DNA from: Catajapyx aquilonaris
Lineage: Eukaryota
DNA: 64,000 bases
Assembly (NCBI GenBank): GCA_000934665.2
Contig: JYFJ02000540.1
Span: 1 to 64,000, forward strand
Reading direction: 5' to 3'
In this document: piece after piece, positions 40,462-49,928 of the stretch
Layout of the letters: the number at the start of each line of letters is the position of its first letter
How positions within the stretch are numbered: position 1 is the first letter of the stretch
Position numbers and translations under genes: made by a program
Notes under the pieces: model-generated
What the model was told of the DNA's origin: nothing
What the model saw: only the letters and a program-made list of their open reading frames with translations
The model's database searches: none

Positions 40462-40918
40462 GCTTATAACACAAGCTGTTACGGCAAGGAGACCGCTTTT
40501 TTTGTCTCATTTCCCGTTTTTTGAAATAAGTCATGATATACTCGTATTTATAAAATTTTAGTTTGGCCACTATTCTCCAAAAATTATTTTATTATCTGGG
40601 TTGATATACAGACTGATTCGCATTTTTGGGCTGGCAGTATGTGACGGTGTGGGTGATTTATTTAGGCGCTGATAATATAAGTACGATATGAGCCATATGA
40701 TAGTTGCATATTTTAATAATCATTATGATAAGGTCTAGTTTTCTAACCTTAAAAATACATAAATTCGCCAATTTGATCTAATGGCTTTTCCCGAACCTCT
40801 AGTAATACGTATTCAAGAAGCTCGCCCTATCACGGGGTTGCATAAATAATAATTTAAAACAAAATATTAAAGAAGTTTGTATTTATTTATTTTTTTGCAA
40901 ACGGCCGGAAATCAACTA

Positions 40919-41210
40919 CTCTCTAAAAAAAAATAAGAGTTAAATTAACTCTTTTAAACCTTGAAAGAGGTCATTACCAAAAATGAATTATAATAACTCT
41001 TTGCTGGAGTTCAAACAACTCTTTTAGTTCATTTCATCCTCCGAAAGAGTTAATGAATAACTCTTTCGGAGGATGAAATGAACTGAAAGAGTTGTTTTAA
41101 CTCCAGCGAAAGAGTTATTATAACTCATTTTTGGTAATGACCACTTTCAAGGTTAAAAGAGTTAAAAAGAACCCAACTTGAGTTTTTTTAACTCTATTTT
41201 TTTTAGAGAG
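40919..41210. mobile_element. Palindromic MITE flanked by TA
   Basis: TA|CTCTCTAAAAAAA...TTTTTTTAGAGAG|TA. The whole element is an inverted repeat centred near 41055, with recurring AACTCTT/AAGAGTT sub-repeats. Confidence 0.82.
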
Positions 41211-41948
41211 TAAAGTCATTTACTTGATAGGCAAATAATTATGGGCGCCAACTGTGGAAGAACATTTCAACCGCAGCATATACGTATAGCATTATATTGT
41301 GCAAAATTGTCCCGCATTTAAAAGTATCAGTGGCTTTACATCTGCTTTCTCACAATTAGTACACATGTGCCATTTAGTACAATACCAACGGATAAAATGA
41401 CAACTTAATCCATCTCTTAATTTTACTTCGATATTTTTTTCCAACGCAGAAGGGAGCATGCAGATCATAACCACCTAACACCCTGGTAATAACCGCAACT
41501 TTCCTTGTACTCCATGCAGCTCAACATTTTTTTGAGTGAATAATCCGGCTGAGTGTACCGGCGCACATAGATATGATATTCGCTGCAGCAATCAAGTCTG
41601 GATGAGCTTGTCCTGCACAGTTAGCCGAAGTAATTACACAGCGCGAAAGCGATGTTCCCAGACCCCTTTTCACGTGTCACATTATGCTCGTAAGTCCAAT
41701 TAGTGAGCGGCTAACACGCATGTGGAGCATTCCTGTCCAATCAGGCGTCTCCTGTGTTAGGAGTGAGGGACCAGCATGCTTATATTCAGTAGACGTGTGA
41801 CCTCCCGAGAAAAACAAAGGGTACTAGATGTACAGTATGCGTATGTATAATGTATATAAAAAAAGAGTAAGTACAGCAGGCGAACACGTATACGAGCGAG
41901 CATAAGCAAGCAGGCACCAGTCTAGAAAAGTAACATACTTGTCACTAC

Positions 41949-42090
41949 CTGGCGGGGGCGCCCATGCTGTGCTGAGACGCCCTCTTGCGCGGGCTGGAGT
42001 GACGCCCGCGACGCCCGCGAGGCTGGCGTCGGCTCAGTACAGGAGACGCCTCGTTCGACTCCGTGCTCGAGTCCATCACGTACGTCGAAT
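41949..42090 (-). CDS. Dscam: Dscam exon, cytoplasmic
   Basis: DSTYVMDSSTESNEASPVLSRRQPRGRRGRHSSPRKRASQHSMGAPA. This frame is not in the ORF track. Acceptor gtccagcag| (NAGNAG), donor CAG|gtagtg (phase 2) matches the next exon. Confidence 0.8.
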
Positions 42091-42208
42091 CTGCTGGACG
42101 ACACAAGGACACTTTACGTCATTCTCATTGCTAACGTCAGATGTCAAAATTATAATGTGTAAAGGACTCTTCATTGCCAGGTATTTTGATTTGAATGAGA
42201 TGCCCCAC

Positions 42209-42574
42209 CTCTGGCCAATCTGAGGGGCACTTGGTACTGGAGATGCGACGCCGATTCAGTGAGAGGACTCTCGCTGGTGTCCTCCGAGTCTGACCCGCAT
42301 CCTCCTCCGGCTCCCCCGCTGGCCCCTCCCCTGCCCCCCATGGGACAGCTGGTGGGTCTGGAGGCGAAGGGTGTGGAACCAGGTTCGTGCTGGTGGTGCT
42401 GGTGGGACTGGTGGGACTGGTGGTGCTGGTGCGGAGGCGGCTGGTGGTGCTGGTGCTGGTGCTGGGAGGCCCTCCCACCGTGGCTGCTTCGAGGGTGACC
42501 TCCGTGGTGGCTGCCTGGGGTCGCCGACGCAGCAGACACTGGAAGTGTTTGCTGGCTCGAAATGCACGAGATTT
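42209..42574 (-). CDS. Dscam: Dscam exon, cytoplasmic, His/Gln/Gly-rich
   Basis: EISCISSQQTLP...HQHQHHQPPPHQHHQSHQSHQHHQH...GSDSEDTSESP...YQVPLRLAR. GC-rich and coding-like. Acceptor ttttccag| continues the phase-1 frame, donor GAG|gtgggg. Confidence 0.82.
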
Positions 42575-42699
42575 CTGGAAAAGCATGACTCTCACTCAAC
42601 CCGAGTTTAAAGGAGAAATTACTCCTAGGTATTGCGTCTCTGATTGTACTGTACGTATGATACTACATACCCTTAAATTAATAATTGTAGATTTTCGAA

Positions 42700-42880
42700 C
42701 ATATTCTGCACAATTTGTGAAAACTGCCGCAGACGAGGAATGACATTTAATCCTACAATCACAATCGGAGATTATGATAGGTTATTATCATCATCTTATA
42801 TCTGAACAATAATTAATATTTCAAATATTTCAAATAATAATATAACATACAAAATAAACATTTCGCATAATGTCGTATGG
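42700..42880 (+). repeat. Diverged direct repeat, copy 1 (partner at 44755-44935)
   Basis: CATATTCTGCACAATTTGTGAAAACT(G/A)CCGCAGACGAG...CAATCGGAGATT...GATAGGTTATTAT is shared by both copies. Confidence 0.85.
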
Positions 42881-43122
42881 AAATTAATGGATATCCCACC
42901 ATATTCATCTCCGTTTTCAGGATGTCGTCATACAGTTGGCAATGTCACTTGATGACATGAAGACATGATTCACAAAATTATGTACGCAGAGCTCAGCATG
43001 GCTCAAGTTTTAGGGGGAGGGGGGCGGAATACGTGTAGAGTAAATGTGAAAATTGTACTGCAATTCGTGTCCAATTTAAGAGGGGAAAAAGTGTCCAACT
43101 TCCAAGATAGAGAGGTGTCCAA

Positions 43123-43267
43123 TAGGGTGGAGCGAAAAAAACGAAAGTTGTCCTATTAAATCGCACGGGGTGTCAAAAGTTATGTATGGACAATAATTAC
43201 AACACTCATTTGTGATTGTTCTGTATGATCTTGTAAGGGAAGCCTTCCTCAAGGGCGCGAGCCCAAG

Positions 43268-43346
<79 letters not shown>

Positions 43347-44605
43347 TACAGCATTGGTGAATTTTTTAGAATTTTTGTACTTCATCTTCATTTGTCGCCA
43401 GAGCCTTCAAGTTTCGCCATTTTTGCGAGAACAATAACACATATTACATTATGCAACACGATTTTTGTCCAGGGAAATTCATCGCTATTTCCATGTTGCT
43501 TAGGTCACTGGTAACTCATAATTGAGCATTCATTTTGTCTGGTATTTGTTTTTGACCTTGGGGCAGTTGCAGTCAAAAAACCAAATTCCTGGAAATAGTG
43601 CATATGGGTCATTTCGAATCAAGTAGCCGAAATGTTGCTAGACCATCTCGAAATTTGCTGAAAAATATCACCGATGTATACATGACTATGCCATAACAGG
43701 TCATGTCTAGTTTCAGGCAAATTACGCAATACCGTTGGGAGGGAAAAAAATCTCGAAATTTAGGAAAATAGTGAAAATCAGGCCCTTTTGGATAATTTTT
43801 TCGGTTAGTGGAAGTGGTTACACACCAATAAGCATTACATCAAATGAAAGAGGATGACGAGGGGAATGCGTCTATCGAATTAGTTCTCCTCTCAAATGTA
43901 ACCAGAAAATTTCAAAATTCTCGGACATGTGACCGAACACGTGACCGATGGAATGCCACGCACATTTTTTTGGTTACACTTTAGAGGAAAACTAATTGCA
44001 TAGTCGCATTCCCTTCGTGATCCTCTTCCGTATTGCGTATTGGGGTTTGACCACTTCTCCGAATGGAAAAAAATTACCCGAAAGGGCCTGATTTTCACTA
44101 TTTTCCTAAATTTGGCGATTTTTTCCCCCTCCCAACGTATTGCGTGTATTGCGTAATTTGCCTGAAACTAGACATGACGTGTTATGGCATAGTCATGTAT
44201 ACATCGGTGATATTTTTCAGCAAATTTCGAGATGGTCTAGCAACATTTCGGCTACTTGATTCGAAATGACCCATATGCACTATTTCCAGGAATTTGGTTT
44301 TTTGACTGCAACTGCCCCAAGGTCAAAAACAAATACCAGACAAAATGAATGCTCAATTATGAGTTACCAGTGACCTAAGCAACATGGAAATAGCGATAAA
44401 TTTCCCTGGACAAAAATCTTGTTGCATAATGTAATACGTGTTATTGTTCTCGCAAAAATTGCGAAACTTGAAGGCTCTGGCGACAAATGAAGATGAAGTT
44501 CGAAAAATCTAAAAAAAAATCACCGGTGTTATACTTGTCCATACACAACTTTTGACATCCCGTACGATTTAATCGGACAACTTTCGCTTCTTTCGCTCCA
44601 CCCAA
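43123..44605. mobile_element. Non-autonomous hAT-like foldback DNA transposon (near-complete palindrome)
   Basis: Termini TAGGGTGGAGCGAAA...TTTCGCTCCACCCAA flanked by an exact 8-bp direct repeat GTGTCCAA (43115-43122 and 44606-44613). The arms are inverted copies almost to the centre (~43910/43965). No transposase ORF. Confidence 0.85.
43205..43340 (+). mobile_element. 5'-truncated non-LTR retroelement (LINE/SINE) 3' end with (TAA)n tail
   Basis: ~65 nt of unique sequence plus an (AAT)n tail, flanked by AATAATTACA(A/G)CA direct repeats (43192-43204 and 43341-43353). Absent from the matching position of the opposite arm of the foldback. Confidence 0.78.
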
Positions 44606-44613
44606 GTGTCCAA

Positions 44614-44724
44614 CTTAGCAACATAGCAAGAGATAGGCTTTTTTTTGCTGTTCCAAAAATAATGTCCAACATAGGGAGGTGATCAGCTTTTATTAAGGTG
44701 TCCTACTTGACAGGTTTCAGTGTA
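44614..44724. mobile_element. Remnant of an older Tc1/pogo-like MITE (the host into which the hAT-like element inserted)
   Basis: Repeated (G)TGTCCAAC motifs on both sides of the hAT-like insertion (43067-43122 and 44606-44710), ending GACAGGTTTCAGTGTA. The matching left TIR was not found. Confidence 0.4.
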
Positions 44725-44754
44725 GATTCTTGGCTGTTTTTGGAGCCTTCCGAT

Positions 44755-44935
44755 CATATTCTGCACAATTTGTGAAAACTACCGCAGACGAGTCGTGACT
44801 CTTCATTCCACAAGCGCAATCGGAGATTTCGATAGGTTATTATTATCGTCTAAGAGACTTGAATATAAAATTTTCAAATAATCATATTAATTATAACATA
44901 ACATAAAATAAATATTTCGTCCAGTGCCATCATAA
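44755..44935 (+). repeat. Diverged direct repeat, copy 2
   Basis: Same shared blocks as the copy at 42700-42880. Confidence 0.85.
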
Positions 44936-45160
44936 ATAACATTCCACACGGGTGCGGATGGTACCATGGAAACTGCATGGAAACAATGGCCAACTTTACA
45001 GGATCTACGTAAAAGGAAGAGTTTCTTGGCGGATTGTTTTGTCGTCCGTTGAAGTTGCCGGGTGACCATCGCAACCTATTGCGTAAACGCATGTTTTTCC
45101 CTCTACAGTACAGTAGAAAGGACCATATATCCAACAGAGAGAGAGAGTTTGTGAGTTTAC

Positions 45161-45481
45161 CTAAACTGAGTCCATCTGGAGGGCTTTTGGAAGTACCCGG
45201 CACTTTGTACTCGGCCCTGGAGCCTCCTCCTTCGCTGCGACGGTGCACCTTGGCGTAGTAGTCCTTGGCTGTCTTGAAGGGCGTCGGGGCCGACACTGCC
45301 GACGCCGCTGCCGAGGCGGAGGAGGAGGAGGGGCCGGAGGGGCCAGGGGGCTTGCGCTGACCCGCGTAGCACTCCTGGTGGCCGAAGGTCTGGAACTGCA
45401 CCGAGTAGTCCATGGTGCCGTGCCCAGCTGCGTTGCCCGGAAGACTAAACGTAGCGTACGGACATATTTCGTACTGCTGGT
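45161..45481 (-). CDS. Dscam: Dscam exon, cytoplasmic (YEICPYATF motif)
   Basis: DQQYEICPYATFSLPG...DYSVQFQTFG...KSPPDGLSL. EICPYATF is a conserved Dscam cytoplasmic motif. Acceptor gttgcag|, donor TAG|gtaaac. Confidence 0.92.
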   Translation of the reverse strand, partial: TSSTKYVRTLRLVFRATQLGTAPWTTRCSSRPSATRSATRVSASPLAPPAPPPPPPRQRRRQCRPRRPSRQPRTTTPRCTVAAKEEAPGPSTKCRVLPKALQMDSV

Positions 45482-45708
45482 CTGCAACGAAGACCACGAT
45501 GTAGCACACTGTCTCATCAACACAAACTCAGCTCCCATCAATGACAAATGACAAATAACAATGTAAAGTGACAGGCCGTGAGAATAACTGGCTTATATAG
45601 TGCACAATAAATAGTAATTCTTGTGACAGGCGCACTCCACTCTCTCCTGCCCATCGGGATCTACCGGTGGGAATGCGCATGCGGGAGAGTAGTGAGTGAG
45701 ATAAGCAC

Positions 45709-45893
45709 CTGAGGTGGTGTCGCTGCTGCCCTTCTGCCCACTGAGGGAAGAATCGGCCTTTCTTCCAGGAGACGGAGAGTAGATCTGAGCCTCCGCCCTC
45801 TCGGCCTGGTGCTGGTCGTTCCTTCTGTTGTCCAGCTCGGCCATGGCCTTGGCTGCGTAGGCCGCATCGCCCTGCTTATAGCCTTGGTATCGC
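45709..45893 (-). CDS. Dscam: Dscam exon, juxtamembrane cytoplasmic
   Basis: RYQGYKQGDAAYAAKAMAELDNRRNDQHQAERAEAQIYSPSPGRK...SSDTTS. Acceptor cgtaacccccacag|, donor CAG|gtgctt. Confidence 0.85.
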
Positions 45894-45977
45894 CTGTGGG
45901 GGTTACGAACAGAAGAGGGTCCAAGACAGGGCAGGCGGGATTGGCTCAGCCTCGACTCTGGACTCAGTATGACCAAC

Positions 45978-46122
45978 CTCCTTTTCAGGATGATGACCAC
46001 GCACACCATGGCAGCCAGGGTGCAGATTATCCCCGAGGTTATCGGAACTATTATGTGCAGGTCCTTGTAGAAGGGCTCCCTCTGGAGGGTCTTGTCCAGG
46101 ATAGACTCTGGAGCGATAGTGG
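45978..46122 (-). CDS. Dscam: Dscam exon, transmembrane segment
   Basis: ATIAPESILDKTLQREPFYKDLHIIVPITSGIICTLAAMVCVVIILKRR, a hydrophobic helix followed by a basic stop-transfer motif. Acceptor tttccag|, probable donor GAG|gttggt (phase 2). Confidence 0.88.
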
Positions 46123-46220
46123 CTGGAAATTAAAGCAGGTCATGTCTCCATCCAGACACAAGTTTATCCAATTGGGCTCTAATTAGCATCAGAGGTGTGC
46201 TAATGGCCCGTTTGTCTCAC

Positions 46221-46514
46221 CTCCATTGAAGGCCCTGGTGGCAAAGTCAAAGTTGTCGGCGACAGCTCCAGCCGAGTTTCTGGCCGTCACTCGGAGGCTG
46301 TACCACGTCTGAGGCAACAGGTCAGGAATGACCAGCTCTTCGTCCTGGGGAGGAATGTCCCTTCCGACCACGCTCCACATGGACGTCCCCCTGACCCTGT
46401 ATTCAACTCCATAGGCCAGGACGGGGCAGCCTCCGTTCGGCCAAGTGTAGAGATGCAGGGCCAAGGATGTTGCGTTCACTTCCACCAGCTCATCTCGGCG
46501 TGGCATCCTGGGAG
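46221..46514 (-). CDS. Dscam: Dscam exon, FNIII-6
   Basis: APRMPRRDELVEVNATSLALHLYTWPNGGCPVLAYGVEYR...DLLPQTWYSLRVTARNSAG. Acceptor cttctag|, donor GAG|gtgaga. Confidence 0.93.
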
Positions 46515-46855
46515 CTAGAAGATCAATCATATCATTAGTAAAACATGATTAAAAATCAACATAGTTAGCATTAATTCAATGAATAGTAGTCTGGAATTAA
46601 CACTCGTTCGCTGATATAATCGCCATGATTGTCAACTAAATTGCAGAAAATGGCAATTTAATCAAAATAACTGAAATGCAGAGCTTCATTTGACTGATTT
46701 AGAGATCTCACATTTCTTAATCTGAATTATGATTTGAATTTTGCAGATTGCCTTACACTCTATTTGTGACAAATTTCTTGAACATTAATTTTGGGCTCTG
46801 TAATTTCCCCATCCGAAAATTGACTTGAGCGTCAATGAGCTTTTGTCCCACTTAC

Positions 46856-47731
46856 CACCACCTTTGGTGGAGGCAGCAATAGTTTTGCTCCTCTTTCCCT
46901 CTCCGACCATGTTGACTGCACTTAGGTACAGCTGGTAGGTGGACCCGCACTGGAGATTCTCCAGCACGTAGTTGTTCTTGTCCGGATCCAACTTGACCTG
47001 TTGCCAGTCATCGCCACCTCTCTGGTAACCCAAGATGTATCCGGTGACCGGACTTCCTCCAGCCTCCGGAAGCCGCCACTCGAGAGCCACCGATCTGGCA
47101 GAAGAAGCGACCACCCTCAGCTCCGGTGCAGCTGGTGGCACCTGCACCACCACCTCGTACACCACCTCGTCCTTTCCAAACACGTTCTCGGAGTGACACG
47201 AGTAGTTGGCCGCGTCTCCAGCTTGAACCGAGCTCAGTCGGAGGGATCCGTCAGGAAGGAGTTGGACCCTGCCCGACCCGTTTTCCGGCTGGGTCACTGC
47301 GGCCATCACCAGCTGACCCCGTGCCCTCCAGGTCCTCTCCGGGGTTGGGATTCCCACCACTGGGCAGGCCAGAGACACAGCAGTCTGCCAGGGCACCACC
47401 AAGCGCCTGGAGAAGGCCGCTATCCTAGAGGGCACTCGAGACGTCGGAGTCTGAGACACTATCTGACCCGGAGGACCTTCTCCGACCGCGGTTGAAGCCG
47501 TGACCCAGAACTCGTAGTGCTGGAACTCGCGGAGACCACGCGCCTCTAGAAGTCTCTCCTGGTGACCCAGCACCACTTCCTTCTGGGCCTCCTTTGAACT
47601 CTGCTCCAGCGCACGCTTGTACACCGTGTACTTCAGGATGTTGCCGTTGGTCTCCTTTGGAGGCAGCCAGGTCACTAAGATGGAGTCGGAAGTCATCACA
47701 AGCGCTTTTAACTTCTCAGGTGGGCCTGGGA
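46856..47731 (-). CDS. Dscam: Dscam exon, FNIII-4 + Ig10 + FNIII-5
   Basis: VPGPPEKLKALVMTSDSILVTWLPP...YEFWVTASTAVGEG...DAANYSCHSENVFGKDEVVY...LQCGSTYQLYLSAVNMVGEG, matching the Dscam FN4-Ig10-FN5 order. Acceptor tttacag|, donor GTG|gtaagt. Confidence 0.95.
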
Positions 47732-48520
47732 CTGTAAAAAACAATGGAACATTATTATGACATAGAGACATGTCGTAAACCTAAAATCATTAACAACAAA
47801 TTTCTGTGGCGTTATGTTAGAAGTAAACATTTTTTTTGTCCAGACAAATCGTGTTCAGGTCAGTTTATGTCTAATAAAATCTGATTCGACCTAATCGGCT
47901 GATTATTGTTTATCATATTAAATTCTGTTATTAGAATCAAAGGCGACGTTCCAGTTACAATCATTAAGTAAATTAATTGTTTGTTGTGGATTCTTGAATA
48001 CATAACAATAAATCAATAAATACCGGTAATTTTTAATTTAATACTAATTGAGCAATGGTGCTTTACAGTACACTTGGTTAACTACCTCGTCTTTCAAATT
48101 GCTAAGATCAATTACGCCCAATATTACCACTGCATTGCAGGCAAGATTGCAGGTATGCGATCAGAGAGATGTTGTAACCTCGCCTCCCCAACAAAACCAC
48201 ATCAAACATTTCCGGCATCAATAAACTTAACAGACTATGAGACGCGTAAGTAGGCCTACTCTGTCGGCGGTCTTACTTCCGTTATGCAACCGGTGCTTTA
48301 ATCAGACAGTACAATAACATCCCGGAAATAACATCTGCAGATATAACCGTTCCCACTATGCATCCAGGCGATATTCATCCTGCTGATTAACAGTAGGGAA
48401 GGAAGGAATAAACTGGCCGTATATCATTCGCCTGAAGTGGTGCAACCGGCCTTTAATTCATTTTCCACACCGGTTCTTTTCCATCCCACTTATTAAGGGG
48501 AGGTCGATACCAGCACGTAC

Positions 48521-48823
48521 CGTCTTCCTCCGTCCGGCAGTAGATGGCAGGGCTCCTGACTCCATCTCCAGCCCCAGTGTAGGCCAGCACCCTCACGCTG
48601 TAATTGGTGAACTTGGCCAGCCCGTGAAGGTTGGTCTCCAAGTTGGTCGTCTTCTTCACCTCAGTGGTCAGCCGCTCCACAGTCGGGTCCACCAGTCTGT
48701 AGAACACCTTGTATCCTTGTAGTATCCCGTTTCTTTTAGAAGGCTCTGGAGGTTCCCATCTAACTCTCAGGCTTTGAGACGAGAGTGCCGAGCAATAAAC
48801 GTCCATCGGAGGGCCTTCGGGAA
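48521..48823 (-). CDS. Dscam: Dscam exon, FNIII-3
   Basis: VPEGPPMDVYCSALSSQSLRVRWEPP...LAKFTNYSVRVLAYTGAGDGVRSPAIYCRTEED. Acceptor tcacag|, donor ACG|gtacgt. Confidence 0.94.
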
Positions 48824-49078
48824 CTGTGATCGGAAAGAACGTTGTAAAAGACAACACTTACAGGGAACAGACGGACACAACAGCAGTCGTCATTGTCGCA
48901 CCCACACTTTCCAATATTATTTTGTTACAGTCAAAGATGATTTTCTATATGTTGGATGGATGCGACAAGGGCAGTCCTGCATGGTATTGACATAGGTTAG
49001 AGTGAAAAAGAAGCCCATCCCAGCGACCACCTGCGGCGGAGCAGGGAGTGGAAGATGGCGGAGGGCATATTTACCTAC

Positions 49079-49310
49079 CACCCTCGAGAGTGGACACGGT
49101 GAGTCTTGGAGCAGCCGGACCAGCTCCAACCTCGTTGAAACCCTTGACCGACACCTCGTAGCGGGTAAACTGCCTCAGACCTCCCAAGATCAGCTCTCTA
49201 TGCTCCTCTCCTCTCATACTCCGGACCACGGAGTTCTCACTAGCATCCACAGCGCGGTAGCTCACGTGGTAGCCCAGAATCTTCCCGTTGGAAAGTGCTG
49301 CCAGTGGAGG
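49079..49310 (-). CDS. Dscam: Dscam exon, FNIII-2 C-terminal part
   Basis: PPLAALSNGKILGYHVSYR...GLRQFTRYEVSVKGFNEVGAGP...STLEG. Acceptor ttttcag| (phase 0), donor GTG|gtaggt (phase 1). Confidence 0.9.
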
Positions 49311-49757
49311 CTGAAAATTGAGTCCCATCAGTGCAAACTGCTAAAAAGTACACGCAGCAGATGAATTTGTTACATTACATTTAAGTACTTTTAGTGAGCG
49401 CATCGCTCTATAGAGAGAACTTGGGACCGGGTCGATGCCATGTGCCTGCGCAGAAACGCGATCCGGATAAGCGCAAAGGTTTAATGAGGTGTAAAATTTC
49501 TGAAAACGATCAACCGGAGCCTTAATGGCGTACTAATTGATTTCCGGATGAGAGGACCGCTGGCTTGGAGGGGAGGAGGTAGGACACTCCCCCCGCCGAC
49601 CCCCTTTTCCCTAAAGTTTGGCTGCCGGAAAGCCTATTAGCAAGTGACGCTGCAAATGGAAAGCGCCTTGCACTCTACCAAGCAACCAAGAAAAAAAAGG
49701 GGGGGGGGGGGTTGAAGAAGGCAAGAAGAAAGAAGTTATGGCGCTCTCTCCACCTAC

Positions 49758-49828
49758 CTTCCATTTAACTTTCAAGGACTCTGCGTTGAGGGCTTCCACT
49801 CGAACGTCTTGTGGAGGCCCGCTGGGAG
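49758..49828 (-). CDS. Dscam: Dscam exon, FNIII-2 N-terminal part
   Basis: APSGPPQDVRVEALNAESLKVKWK. Acceptor ccgcag|, donor AAG|gtaggt (phase 0). Confidence 0.9.
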
Positions 49829-49928
49829 CTGCGGAACAAGAAAAGAGTGAGAGCCAGGTCATGAATCAGGAGGAGGAAGAATGGCCATTCGGATGACAGT
49901 GTCGAGAAAGAGGCTTGCTGAGTGGTAC

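Noticed and set aside
27466..40540. tRNA-His cassettes as tRNA-derived SINEs
   Set aside because: The tRNA bodies are intact, homology extends ~70 nt upstream of the tRNA (not expected for retroposition of a normal Pol III transcript), and there are no TSDs or shared tails. The (AAT)n near copy C is absent from the other copies.
42137..42743. Several overlapping ORFs on both strands
   Set aside because: Shadow frames of the GC-rich, trinucleotide-repeat Dscam exon.
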